Part shown: piece after piece, positions 37,921 to 47,793 of the stretch
How the letters are laid out: the number at the start of each line of letters is the position of its first letter
How positions within the stretch are numbered: position 1 is the stretch's first letter
Assembly: GCA_963831155.1 (NCBI GenBank)
Contig: CAWHOY010000007.1
Location: 139,235-203,234, forward strand
Direction: 5' to 3'
Source of the DNA: an uncultured Acidimicrobiaceae bacterium
Lineage (GTDB): Bacteria; Actinomycetota; Acidimicrobiia; Acidimicrobiales; Bog-793
DNA: 64,000 nt
Position numbers and translations under genes: made by a program
Notes under the pieces: model-generated
Databases searched by the model: none
Seen by the model: only the letters and a program-made list of their open reading frames with translations
What the model was told of the DNA's origin: nothing

Positions 37921-38982
37921 CTAGACCTCTGCGACGGCGGCCGTGATAGCCGCCGCGAACTCGTCGACGTCCTCTTCGGTGGTGTCAAAGGCGCTCATCC
38001 AACGCACCTCTCCCGTGTCGTCGTCCCACACATAGAAATGGAACTTGGACTGGAGGATCGAAGTCACCGACGGATCCAAGACGGCGAAGACAGCGTTCGC
38101 CTCGACGGGTCGCGTGATCGACACCCCTCTGAGACCCTTGAGCCTCGCAGCGAGGCGCCGGGCCATCGCGTTCGCGTGCTTCGCGCTTTCGAGCCAGAGG
38201 TCCCCCTCCAAGAGCGCGACGAGTTGCGCGGAGATGAAGCGCATCTTCGAAGAGAGCTGCATCGATGACTTTCGCAGGTGATCGAGCCCTCGCACCACTG
38301 TCGGGTCCAGAACGACGACGACCTCCCCGAGCACGAGGCCGTTCTTCGTTCCCCCGAACGACACGACGTCGATGCCGACGTCGGTCGTGAACGCCTTGAA
38401 GCCGAGACCGAGGGTGGCCGCGGCGTTCGCCAGGCGGGCGCCGTCGACATGGACCCTCATGCCGACGTCGTGGGCGCGCACGCAGATCCTGGCGAGCTCG
38501 TCGGGGGTGTAGCACGTGCCGAGCTCGGTCGTCTGGGTCACCGATACGACGCGCGGAGCGGCGCGATGCGGGTTGTCCCACCCGAAGGCTTCCTCCATGA
38601 TCGCCTCGGCCGTCATCTTCCCGTTCGGCGCTGGGACTGGGATGAGTTTGATCCCTGCCAATCGCTCGGCGGCGGCGCACTCGTCGGTGTTCAGGTGTGA
38701 TGACACGGCGCAGACCACCGATTCCCACCGATCGGTCATCGCCTGGAGGCTGACGACGTTCGCCCCCGTCCCGTTGAACACCGGGTACGCCTGCGCGTTC
38801 TCACCGAAGTGGTGTCGGATCAGATCCCGCAGTCGTTCGGTGTAGACGTCCTCGCCGTACGAGGGCTGGTGCCCACCGTTCGCGGCGACGAGCGCTTCGA
38901 GGATCCGCGGATGCGCTCCAGCGCAGTTGTCGCTCGCGAACGAGCGTTGCCCGGGATCGTGCAGAGATGAAGAGGGGGTCAC
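37921..38982 (-). CDS. Low-specificity L-threonine aldolase
   Basis: 'FASDN', 'NGTGAN', 'HVDGARLANA', PLP Lys in 'FGGTKNG'. Confidence 0.9.
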   Translation of the reverse strand: MTPSSSLHDPGQRSFASDNCAGAHPRILEALVAANGGHQPSYGEDVYTERLRDLIRHHFGENAQAYPVFNGTGANVVSLQAMTDRWESVVCAVSSHLNTDECAAAERLAGIKLIPVPAPNGKMTAEAIMEEAFGWDNPHRAAPRVVSVTQTTELGTCYTPDELARICVRAHDVGMRVHVDGARLANAAATLGLGFKAFTTDVGIDVVSFGGTKNGLVLGEVVVVLDPTVVRGLDHLRKSSMQLSSKMRFISAQLVALLEGDLWLESAKHANAMARRLAARLKGLRGVSITRPVEANAVFAVLDPSVTSILQSKFHFYVWDDDTGEVRWMSAFDTTEEDVDEFAAAITAAVAEV

Positions 38983-39028
38983 TGACTGAGGTTAACCAGG
39001 CGGTTCGTGGCGCAATTTCGTCCAGTCC

Positions 39029-40069
39029 TCACGGACTGACGAAGCCTTGGAGATCTTTGATCACCGTTGGGGCGTCTTCAAAGAGCGACGCGTACCCACT
39101 GCGGGCAAACACGACGAGGCGTGCGTGTGGAAGGAGCGCATCGAGGGCGTACGCATTCGCCGGCGGCACGACGACGTCTTGTCCTCCCTGGAAGATGAGT
39201 GTCGGGATCCCGACCGCCTCAAGGTTCTGCTCGACGAGGTTTGAGCCGTAGCCGTTCGCCGCTACTTCCGCTTCGTGCACGACTGCGGCCGCGGTCATCA
39301 CATCGGCGATCACGCTCGCGGTGTCGGAGAGCCACGTCGCCCGCGCGCTCTGCTCATCGGTCGGGTACTCGAGGTAAGAGAGCTCGGTCGGCGTCTCGTT
39401 CGGCGACGCCAGCGCGTCGGAGACGGGGCGGCTCGGCAGGGTCGCCGCGTCGCCCCCCGGGGTCGCGTCGGCGAGGACGAGCCGCCAAATGAGTCCCGGG
39501 TGACGCTCGACGAGGGCGAGCGCGACCTCGCCCCCGAGTCCCCACCCGAGCACGGTCGGTCGTTCGAGGTCGAGCGCCCAGATCAGCCCGGCCGTGTCGT
39601 CGGCGAGTGCCGCGACGCTCGTGTCGCGCGTGTCGGGTGCCGAGTAGCCGACGTCGGGAAAGTCGAACTCAGTCACGGTGAAGTGCGCGGCGAGATCGAG
39701 GAGGAACTTCGGGTCCCACGAGGTCATCGTCGAGTGCTCGCCGGCGATGAGGAGCAGGTCCGGACCCGAACCAAACTGGCGATAGGCGACGAGAACGGTG
39801 CCGGAAACGAGCATCCCCTTCGAAAGGCGGGGAGCGATGCGGTTCCTTCCGAGGCGGTCGACGGCGACGCGGTACACGGGCCCGACGGCGGCGAACGGAC
39901 CGCCGACTCCGGAATTCGCGACCGCGAGCGGCTCCGGCAGTGTCGTCGTGGTCGTCGTCGGCGACGCAGCCCCACGGGGTGCGTCGGTCGCGCCGCATGC
40001 TCCGGCGCCGAGAGCGACGGCGACGACGAAACCAACGACAAATCCGCGATTGTTCCGCGCACTTCTCAT
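39029..40069 (-). CDS. Predicted lipoprotein with an alpha/beta-hydrolase fold lacking catalytic Ser and His
   Basis: Signal with lipobox-like 'GAGAC' and a Thr linker; 'GWGLGG' at the nucleophile elbow; 'SGYASLF' at the His position. Confidence 0.75.
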   Translation of the reverse strand: MRSARNNRGFVVGFVVAVALGAGACGATDAPRGAASPTTTTTTLPEPLAVANSGVGGPFAAVGPVYRVAVDRLGRNRIAPRLSKGMLVSGTVLVAYRQFGSGPDLLLIAGEHSTMTSWDPKFLLDLAAHFTVTEFDFPDVGYSAPDTRDTSVAALADDTAGLIWALDLERPTVLGWGLGGEVALALVERHPGLIWRLVLADATPGGDAATLPSRPVSDALASPNETPTELSYLEYPTDEQSARATWLSDTASVIADVMTAAAVVHEAEVAANGYGSNLVEQNLEAVGIPTLIFQGGQDVVVPPANAYALDALLPHARLVVFARSGYASLFEDAPTVIKDLQGFVSP

Positions 40070-40091
40070 CGATCGTTTGATCTGCGAACCG

Positions 40092-41477
40092 TCAGCTCGC
40101 GCGACGACGCGCCCCTTTGACGAGTGAGCGGCCGAAATCGAAGATCAGCGAGGAACCCTTCTCGACGTCGGTGAGCACGTCTTCCAACGCGTCGGTGAAG
40201 TAGCCGACTTCTTCTTGGCCGATCGTGAGCGGTGGCAGCAGTTTGACAACATTCATCGAGTCCGCGGCGACCTGGGTGAGGATCCGGTAACGCGTGAACA
40301 ACGGCCCGACGATGATCTGGGAATACAGACCGGTGTGTGCCGCCTCCAAGAGGCGAAAGCGCGTGCGCGGACCGAATGACTTCGGCGCCCCGAAGACGAG
40401 ACCGATCATCAGTCCCTTGCCACGCACCGAGTGGAAGCTCTCATGGCGTTCGACGAGCGGCGCCAGCGCCTTTTCGAACTCGACTCCGGTGACGCGCGCC
40501 CGATCGACGAGGTGTTCGTCGTCGATCGTCGCCAGTGTCGCGAGGCCGGCGACCATCGCCAGCTGATTGTTCTTGAAGGTCGACGAATGGACGAGCGCCC
40601 GCTGCATCGACGAATAAACCCTGTCCGAGACCTCGGTCGAACACACCATCGCGCCAACAGGGACGAATCCCCCAGAAAGCGCCTTCGACAGCGTCACGAT
40701 GTCGGGCGCCAGTCCGTAGTGCTCGTAGGCCCACAGGCTCCCGGTTCGGCCGAGGCCCGTCTGGATCTCGTCGACGACGAGAAGGGTGCCGTACCTTTCG
40801 CACAGCTCTCCGACGGCATCCCAGTACTCCTGGGACGCTACGTTGACTCCCTTTCCCTGGATGACTTCGATCACGAACGCCGCGACGTCGCGGCGTCGCA
40901 GCGCCTCCTCGAGCGAGTCGGCGTCGCCGAAGCGCACTTCCCCGTTGCCGGGAAGCAGGGAGCCGAAGCCATTGCGGAATTCGCGGCCACCGTTCAGCGA
41001 CAGCGCACCGTAGGTGAGGCCGTGAAAGGAATGGTCAGCATGGAGCACCCGGTCACGCCCTGTCGCGCAGCGCGCGAACTTCAACGCGGCTTCAACGGCC
41101 TCAGCGCCGGAGTTCGTGAAAAAGACCCGGCCCATCTTCTTCGGCAACCGATTGAGCAGTTCTTCGGCGAGGACACCGGCGAGCAAGGGCGCGTCCATCT
41201 GCACGAGATTCGGCAGATCGGCGTCGATCGCTTCGTGGAGTGCCTTCTTGATGACCGGGTGGCCGCGGCCGAGGCCGAACACCCCAAAGCCGGCGAGAAA
41301 GTCGAGATAGCGGTTCCCGTCCGCATCGAACAGGTACGCCCCCTCGGCTTTCGTGTAGTAACGGTCGAACCCGATCGAAGAAAGCACCCGGACGAGCTGG
41401 GGGTTGACGAACCGCCGGTAACGATCGAAGTTCTCGCCCTTGTGGGCATCGAGCACGCCTTGCAGGTCGAATCCCAT
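40092..41477 (-). CDS. Class III PLP aminotransferase, HpnO-like (aminobacteriohopanetriol synthase family)
   Basis: 'LDFLAGFGVFGLG', 'NSGAEAVE', 'SFHGLT', 'DEIQTGLGRTG', 'LSKALSGG', 'VHSSTF', 'KLLPPL'. The overall layout recalls HpnO. Confidence 0.75.
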   Translation of the reverse strand: MGFDLQGVLDAHKGENFDRYRRFVNPQLVRVLSSIGFDRYYTKAEGAYLFDADGNRYLDFLAGFGVFGLGRGHPVIKKALHEAIDADLPNLVQMDAPLLAGVLAEELLNRLPKKMGRVFFTNSGAEAVEAALKFARCATGRDRVLHADHSFHGLTYGALSLNGGREFRNGFGSLLPGNGEVRFGDADSLEEALRRRDVAAFVIEVIQGKGVNVASQEYWDAVGELCERYGTLLVVDEIQTGLGRTGSLWAYEHYGLAPDIVTLSKALSGGFVPVGAMVCSTEVSDRVYSSMQRALVHSSTFKNNQLAMVAGLATLATIDDEHLVDRARVTGVEFEKALAPLVERHESFHSVRGKGLMIGLVFGAPKSFGPRTRFRLLEAAHTGLYSQIIVGPLFTRYRILTQVAADSMNVVKLLPPLTIGQEEVGYFTDALEDVLTDVEKGSSLIFDFGRSLVKGARRRAS

Positions 41478-41604
41478 CTCCGCTCCTGTAAATGACCTGC
41501 TCGCAGCCTACAGAAGGGCGCCCGGGGGACACGACCGTCCGAACGAACGATCGCCTCCGAGCGGTCGGAGGTTGGCGAACTCCGCGAGCAGATACCTTTT
41601 GGCG

Positions 41605-43293
41605 ATGTCGAGCACTCTCGAGGACTTGCGGCGCGCGTCCTCGAACGACCCGGCGTCTGCTAACGACCTCGGCGAGTCGGCGAAAGATCGCTCGCGAAGG
41701 CGCCTTTTTCTCGTCGTCTCGCTGTGCGCGCTCGGCGCTTTTGTCGCGCTGAGCGCCTTTCTTTACGTCGTTTCGACCCACGCGTTCCTGCCCGATTCTG
41801 ACGGCGCGACCGTCGTTCTGGAAGGGAACTCGATCATCCACGGAAACCTGGGCCTGCACGGTTGGTCGCTCTCGTACGACTCGTTCTGGCTGCTCGACGC
41901 CCTCTACTACGCGGTTGCCGTCGGCATCGTCGGGATCAAGGGATACCTCCTGCACCTCGTTCCGGCGATCATCGCCGCCCTCGTGGTTGTCGTCGGCGCC
42001 CTCATCGCTCGGGACGAAGAACGCGGGCTTGTCGGGCTTGTCGGAACGGCCGTCGTCGTCGCCGTCCTCGCCTTCCCGTCGCACTTGCTCGCCTATTTCT
42101 TCCTACGCGGACCCCTCCACATCGACACCGTCCTGTGTGCCCTGATCGCCTTCGCCGCGATGCGAGACCACCGTTTCGGCTGGCGCTGGGTCGTCGCGGT
42201 CGTCTTCCTGGGCGCTGGAGCGCTCGGTGACCTACAAATAGTCGCGCTAGGAACGGTGCCGATTTTGTTGGGTGGTGTCGCCGCAGCACTGCGGACAAGG
42301 AAGGTCTCAATTGCGAACGCGGCAACCACAGCGGCAGTGGCGAGCTTGGCACTGGCGCTTGTCGTCAGGGAGGTCGCGAAGGCACTCGGCTCTTTCAAAC
42401 TGATCAAGGCGAATCCGCGCGCGACGTACTCGATGATGTTCGGAGCGAACGTCAAGCTTGCCGGGCATTACTTCGCCAATCTCGTCGGTGTCGGCTCGTC
42501 CCAGTACGGCAACGGCGGTGCGCCGTCGTCGTTCGCGTACGGACACGCCGTCGTGCTCGTCGTCATCTTGGCGAGCGTGGTGATCGGCGTCGTCGCGCTC
42601 GTCAAGGGTGCGGTGGTCGGCGACGAGAGGGGTCCCAAGGGACTAAGCCGCTCGGCGATGGACGACTTTCTCGTCTTTGGAACGATCGGGGGCCTGGTCG
42701 TCTTTCTGGCGCTGACGACCGCGCCGAACTTCGCGTACGGGCGCTACCTCGTGCCGTCGCTGATCTTCGGCGTCATCCTCACCGCGCGTTACGCCAGCCG
42801 GCTGGCCGCGCATTTCGCGAGATCCCGTGACGTCACGCCCCGCGTGATCCCGATCGCCGTTGCCGCCGTCGCGCTCGCGATCGTCGGGGTGCTCGCTTCG
42901 GCAACTGGATACCAACTCGCCCAACCGAAGCCTGGCGACCCCTATACGCTGGTCGCAAACTTCCTCGAGCGTCACCACCTGCACGATGGGCTCGGCGACT
43001 ACTGGACGTCGTCGATCGTGACCGTCGAATCGAACGACGCGGTCGTCGTCCGCGCCGTCACGGCGACGCCGAAGGGAAGACTCGTCCGCTACGACCGCGA
43101 GTCCGATGCCTCCTGGTACTCAGGGCATCACTTCCAGTTCCTCGTGTTGAACCCCAGCCTCAACTTCGGAAACGTGAACCCGCTGACCGCGGTCGCGACG
43201 TTCGGTAAGCCGGTTCACGACTGGACAGAATTCGGACTCGAGATCCTCGTCTGGCGCCATCCGATCACGGTGTCGAGCCACGGACTCACCTGA
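41605..43293 (+). CDS. Polytopic membrane protein, possible GT-C-fold glycosyltransferase
   Basis: Many TM helices, acidic 'PDSD' loop after TM1, 'RYL' motif, soluble C-domain with 'GLGDYW'. Confidence 0.6.
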   Translation: MSSTLEDLRRASSNDPASANDLGESAKDRSRRRLFLVVSLCALGAFVALSAFLYVVSTHAFLPDSDGATVVLEGNSIIHGNLGLHGWSLSYDSFWLLDALYYAVAVGIVGIKGYLLHLVPAIIAALVVVVGALIARDEERGLVGLVGTAVVVAVLAFPSHLLAYFFLRGPLHIDTVLCALIAFAAMRDHRFGWRWVVAVVFLGAGALGDLQIVALGTVPILLGGVAAALRTRKVSIANAATTAAVASLALALVVREVAKALGSFKLIKANPRATYSMMFGANVKLAGHYFANLVGVGSSQYGNGGAPSSFAYGHAVVLVVILASVVIGVVALVKGAVVGDERGPKGLSRSAMDDFLVFGTIGGLVVFLALTTAPNFAYGRYLVPSLIFGVILTARYASRLAAHFARSRDVTPRVIPIAVAAVALAIVGVLASATGYQLAQPKPGDPYTLVANFLERHHLHDGLGDYWTSSIVTVESNDAVVVRAVTATPKGRLVRYDRESDASWYSGHHFQFLVLNPSLNFGNVNPLTAVATFGKPVHDWTEFGLEILVWRHPITVSSHGLT

Positions 43294-43386
43294 ATTCGCC
43301 CAGGTCCGCGGGCCTGAGACATCCGATCAGTAACCTGCCACTTCAATGACCGAACCGAGTGCGGGTGGGTTCGTCCACGCCACGGA

Positions 43387-43415
43387 GATCCAGTTCGCGC
43401 CCCGCGAACTGGATC
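43387..43415 (+). terminator. Perfect 13-bp inverted repeat
   Basis: gatccagttcgcg-ccc-cgcgaactggatc in the intergenic region before rmuC. Confidence 0.55.
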
Positions 43416-43485
43416 ATCTCTGCGCAACCTTCGGACCGTCGTGCCAGAGGTCGATCCCCCGTGTGTTGATGCATGGCGTGCGCCG

Positions 43486-44706
43486 ATGACCAACGCCGAA
43501 GCCCTCACCGTCGGAATCGTCGTAGGCGTCGTGATTGGCGGAATCATCGCGGCGCTCTGGTGGCGAGCGCGATTCGCGCAGCTTCGTGGCACGGCTGTGA
43601 ACGAGGTCTCGCAAGCCTCCGCAAAGTCCGCCGCTGAACAGGCGGCATTTTTTTTCCGCCAGATCGAGGAGAACAACAAACGACTGGCAACCGAGGAGCT
43701 TGAAAGGCGGCAGTCGGAACTCAACGAAGTCGTGTCTGAACTCGTTCGCCCCGTAACCGAGCAGCTCAAGGAGTACAAGGAACGAGTCGAGAATCTCCAG
43801 ACGACAAGCACCCGCCTGCAAGGTGAACTCAAGAATCAACTTGAGCAACTTGCATCCGCAAACGCCAATCTTCAACGAGAGACCGGAAATCTGGTCAGTG
43901 CTCTTCGACGTCCCGAAGTTCGAGGCGGCTGGGGCGAGCAACAACTTCGCCGCATTGTCGAGCTCGCGGGCATGGTCGAGCATTGCGACTTTGACGAACA
44001 AGTCACGATGACCGACGGCGCGGGAGATCGGCAACGTCCCGATGTCGTCGTTCACCTGCCAAACCATAGGGAACTCATCGTTGATTCGAAGGTTCCACTC
44101 GATGCGTATCTCGACGGACTCGCAGCTGCCGACCAACAAACACGCGACGAATGCATGCAAAGGCACTCGGCGCAGCTGCGATCCCACGTCGATTCGCTCG
44201 CCAAGAAGTCCTATCAGAGCGGCTACGAAGGATCAGTTGACTTCGTCGTCGCCTTCGTACCGGGCGATCCGTTGCTCGCCGCCGCTTTTGAGCACGACCC
44301 GAGCATCTTTGAGCGGGCGATCGCCGAGAACGTCATCATCGCCACGCCGACAACGCTCATTGCCTTGTTGAAGGCTGTCGCCTTTGGGTGGCAACAAGAA
44401 GCGGTCACACGCAATTCACAGGAGATTGCCGCCACGGCGAAGGAGCTCTATTCGCGCCTGCGTACGGTGGCCACGCACCTTGCTGAACTTGGAAATCGAC
44501 TGCGGTCGGGGGTCGAGGCCTACAACAAGCTCGTCGGCTCCTTCGAGCGCCGCTTGATTCCCCAAGCCCGTCGTTTTGAAGACTTGCAGACGATCGGCGC
44601 CGCGGACTCCAAGGTCGTGGAACCCCAAGAGATCTCGGAGGTCCCGCTCACACCCCGTCTGGCCGAGACTCCTCCCCTTCCCAATGGGGAGACCGCCAGG
44701 GTGTGA
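43486..44706 (+). CDS. rmuC: DNA recombination protein RmuC
   Basis: N-terminal TM and coiled coil, 'RGGWGEQQL', 'RPDVVVHLP', 'VDSKVPL', 'ATPTTLIALL'. Confidence 0.92.
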   Translation: MTNAEALTVGIVVGVVIGGIIAALWWRARFAQLRGTAVNEVSQASAKSAAEQAAFFFRQIEENNKRLATEELERRQSELNEVVSELVRPVTEQLKEYKERVENLQTTSTRLQGELKNQLEQLASANANLQRETGNLVSALRRPEVRGGWGEQQLRRIVELAGMVEHCDFDEQVTMTDGAGDRQRPDVVVHLPNHRELIVDSKVPLDAYLDGLAAADQQTRDECMQRHSAQLRSHVDSLAKKSYQSGYEGSVDFVVAFVPGDPLLAAAFEHDPSIFERAIAENVIIATPTTLIALLKAVAFGWQQEAVTRNSQEIAATAKELYSRLRTVATHLAELGNRLRSGVEAYNKLVGSFERRLIPQARRFEDLQTIGAADSKVVEPQEISEVPLTPRLAETPPLPNGETARV

Positions 44707-44781
44707 GCGGCAGTTCCCTCGACGTGCATCGATCCCGGTGCGAGCGCCAGTTGATTCGAACGGGCGAGTACCGGGTCTGCG

Positions 44782-45390
44782 CTAACGGCGAACCGGTTCG
44801 GTCGCGTACGTCGACATTTGCCGCCAGCCGGTCGTGATCGTCGCGAAGATGATCAGCGTCAGCACGTGCACGCCGGTGCACCACAAACAGATCTTGTCGA
44901 TCTCGAACAGCTCCGCGTAGACGAGATAGCAGACAAAACCGATTCCGGCAACGGCCATCGCCAGGCGAGCTTGCGCGACGACACGCACCTTCGAGCGCCA
45001 AAGAACCGGGAGTGAGATGCCGGTCATTGCGACGAAGTAGATCAGCCCGAGCAGCGCGACCGGAATCCCAAACACGTACGACTCCGGGCTGTGCGTCACC
45101 GCCTCGCAGTTGATCGGCCCCGTGGCGGGGCACGTCAGCTGAATGCCGGCCGAGAAGTGCGCGAGTGTCAGGTACATCGCGACGCCGACGCCGGCGACCG
45201 ATGCCACCAAGACGACGATGTTGCGAACGTCGAAGTTCGCGAGTACTGACGGCGACGTGTCGTCGTAGTCGACGGCGGGCACCCGGCGGCGCGGCTCGCG
45301 CGGACCGAAAGCGAAGCGTCGACGGACTTCGGGTGGCGGCGGTGCCACCACGACGCGACGACCCCGCGCGGCCGTCGGTGGCTTCGGCAT
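44782..45390 (-). CDS. Vitamin K epoxide reductase (VKOR)-family protein
   Basis: 'YLT', loop cysteines 'CPATGPINCEAV', 'FGIPVALLG', active-site 'CLWC'. Confidence 0.9.
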   Translation of the reverse strand: MPKPPTAARGRRVVVAPPPPEVRRRFAFGPREPRRRVPAVDYDDTSPSVLANFDVRNIVVLVASVAGVGVAMYLTLAHFSAGIQLTCPATGPINCEAVTHSPESYVFGIPVALLGLIYFVAMTGISLPVLWRSKVRVVAQARLAMAVAGIGFVCYLVYAELFEIDKICLWCTGVHVLTLIIFATITTGWRQMSTYATEPVRR

Positions 45391-45393
45391 CGC

Positions 45394-46443
45394 TTAGGAG
45401 ATCTTCTTCTCGGCTGCCATGAGCTTCTCTGCGGCCTTGACGCCGGACTGCTGGCAGACGCTTCCCGGTTTGCCGCCGTCGACCGTGCAGATCGCCGCCG
45501 TGTCGAAATTTGCCGCGGCGATGAACCCGGCTGCGTTGATCGCCTTTCCGGTCGCTGACGTCGGATGTGCGATCGCGTCGCCGATGCCCGTGAACCCGCC
45601 GGGACCACCGCCCGCGACGGCGTCGATCGAATCGTTGAGAACCCCTGGCGCGCCGGAGGAGACATGCTGGTTCGCGACGTCGAAGAACGGGAAACCGACT
45701 CCGGTCGAAAGGTTGAACTTCGACTTTGTGCTGACCCCGTCGTACTTGTTGTAGAGATCCTGGATGTATTTCGGCGGCACCTCGAGCGCGTTGCCCTCGC
45801 GGTCCGCGACCTCATACGGCGTGAAACTGACGTACTTGCTCGTGTACTTCGAGCCCACGAAGCTGAACGTCGGGATTGGCGCCACGTCGGCGTTCGACGT
45901 CGTCTGGCGCAGGTTGGTGAAGGTGCCGAAACGGCTGAGCGCGGTGACGATCGCCCAGCGGTAGACCGCACAGTACGGGCAGTACTCCGCACCGACGAAA
46001 ACGACCTGCGGCTTGCCGTCGAGGCCGAGGAACGGCTGCTTCGCCGTTTCGGTGAACGGGTCGGACGACTTGTCCGTGCCGATCGCGTTGAACGTCGAAG
46101 TCGGGATCGACTTCAGCTCCGAGACCACCGACACCGGGGCGAGGGCGAGATTTTTGCCGCTCTTCGCGCTCGGCGAGTGCGAGGTCAAGTGGACGATGAC
46201 AAAGACGAGGACCACTGCGACGACGACCAGGACCCCTAACCACGCCGACAGTCCCGAGCTGCGCCGCCCGCGGCGCGAGCGCTCGTAGCGGCGCTGAGCG
46301 CTCGCGGAGCGCTGCGGAGGCGGCTGTCCGCCGAGACGGCGCGGCCCGTGCTGAGAGCGCTGCGCGGGCTGATTGCGCTTGGCGGGCTGATTGCGTTGGG
46401 CGGGACGGTTCGGGCGCTTCGTGGAGCGCCTATTCGAGGCCAT
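45394..46443 (-). CDS. Membrane-anchored thioredoxin-like protein (DUF929-like)
   Basis: Basic N-tail, one TM helix, 'GKPQVVFVGAEYCPYCA..RW', 'LSRFGTF', 'PTFSF', C-terminal Cys pair. Confidence 0.75.
   Translation of the reverse strand: MASNRRSTKRPNRPAQRNQPAKRNQPAQRSQHGPRRLGGQPPPQRSASAQRRYERSRRGRRSSGLSAWLGVLVVVAVVLVFVIVHLTSHSPSAKSGKNLALAPVSVVSELKSIPTSTFNAIGTDKSSDPFTETAKQPFLGLDGKPQVVFVGAEYCPYCAVYRWAIVTALSRFGTFTNLRQTTSNADVAPIPTFSFVGSKYTSKYVSFTPYEVADREGNALEVPPKYIQDLYNKYDGVSTKSKFNLSTGVGFPFFDVANQHVSSGAPGVLNDSIDAVAGGGPGGFTGIGDAIAHPTSATGKAINAAGFIAAANFDTAAICTVDGGKPGSVCQQSGVKAAEKLMAAEKKIS
46352..46411 (-). repeat. 18-nt tandem coding repeat (PAQRNQ/PAKRNQ/PAQRSQ)
   Basis: 'gcgggctgattgcg' occurs twice; three degenerate units in the N-tail of the DUF929-like gene. 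Confidence 0.6.
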
Positions 46444-46536
46444 AAGAGATCATTCTCCCCTGAATGTGAGCCGGCATCGTAGACGCCGTTTCTGGGCGCG
46501 AGCTGGGAGTACGCATGCTTCCGTCACGGTGTCCGC

Positions 46537-47793
46537 CTAGTTCGGCGAGAACTCCTCACCCTGGGACTCAGCGAGGCGCTTTCGGATCTTCACGACGACG
46601 TCTTCGGAGTGGTTCGCGTCGGCACCCTTTTCGGCGACGAGTACGCGGCGATCCTCTTCTGCCTCTTGCTCCGCGCCTTCATCGGCGGCGGCGAGGCGGG
46701 CGTCGATCCCTTCGGAGACGATTTTCTCCGCCTCCGCGACGAGCGCGACGACCATTTCGTTCTCGGGGACGACGCGGATGATCTTGCCCCGGATGAACAG
46801 GTGTCCCTTGTGCTTGCCGGCAGCGATTCCGAGGTCGGCGCCTCGCGCCTCCCCCGGTCCGTTGACGACGCAGCCCATGATGGCGACTTGGAGCGGAATC
46901 TTTCGCTCCTCTAACGCGCGCTCGGCGTCCTTGGCGACGGAGATCACGTCGATCTCCGCCCGCCCGCACGATGGACAGGCGATAAGGTCGAGCCCCTTTC
47001 GCGCACGGAGCCCGAGCGACTCGAGCAACTTGCGCCCGGCGATCGCCTCTTCGACGGGGTCGGCGGTGAGCGAGTAGCGGATCGTGTCGCCGATCCCTTC
47101 CGAAAGCAGGGTCGCGATACCCGCCGTTCCTTTGATCAGCCCGGCCGGCGGAGGTCCCGCCTCGGTGACACCGAGGTGCAAGGGGTGATCGAAGGTCTCG
47201 GAGGCAAGGCGATAGGCGGCGATCATCAGCGGGACGTTCGACGCCTTCACCGAAATCTTCACGTCTTCGAAGTCGACCTCGGCAAAGTAGGCGAGCTCGA
47301 TGCGCGCCGATTCGACGAGGGCTTCTGGGGTCGCGCCGCCGTATTTCTTGTAGAGGTCCGGATGGAGCGATCCCGCGTTAACGCCGACGCGAATCGGCAC
47401 GCCGCGGTCTTTCGCCTCCTTCGCGACGAGCTTGATCTCCTCCGGCTTGCGCAGGTTGCCCGGATTGAGACGGAGGCCCTGCACGCCGGCCTCCAGGGCG
47501 GCGAGCGCCATCTCGACGTGGAAGTGGATGTCGGCGACAATCGGCACGGGCGAGCGCGGGATGATGCGGGCGAGCCCCTCGGCGGCTTCAACCTCATTGC
47601 ACGTGCAGCGCACGATGTCGGCGCCGGCGCCGGCGAGCGCGTAAATCTGCTGGAGCGTCCCCTCGACGTCGGCCGTCTTCGTCGTCGTCATCGACTGCAC
47701 CGAGACCGGCGCGCCGGCGCCGACCGGGACTGACCCGACGCGAATCTGACGGGTCGGCCGACGTTTCGGCAGGGTGACCTCTGAGATTTCCAC
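46537..47793 (-). CDS. ispG: HMBPP synthase
   Basis: 'VQSMTTTKT', 'ADIHF', 'NPGN', 'HLGVTEAG', 'CPSCGR', 'MGCVVNGPGE'. Confidence 0.97.
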   Translation of the reverse strand: MEISEVTLPKRRPTRQIRVGSVPVGAGAPVSVQSMTTTKTADVEGTLQQIYALAGAGADIVRCTCNEVEAAEGLARIIPRSPVPIVADIHFHVEMALAALEAGVQGLRLNPGNLRKPEEIKLVAKEAKDRGVPIRVGVNAGSLHPDLYKKYGGATPEALVESARIELAYFAEVDFEDVKISVKASNVPLMIAAYRLASETFDHPLHLGVTEAGPPPAGLIKGTAGIATLLSEGIGDTIRYSLTADPVEEAIAGRKLLESLGLRARKGLDLIACPSCGRAEIDVISVAKDAERALEERKIPLQVAIMGCVVNGPGEARGADLGIAAGKHKGHLFIRGKIIRVVPENEMVVALVAEAEKIVSEGIDARLAAADEGAEQEAEEDRRVLVAEKGADANHSEDVVVKIRKRLAESQGEEFSPN

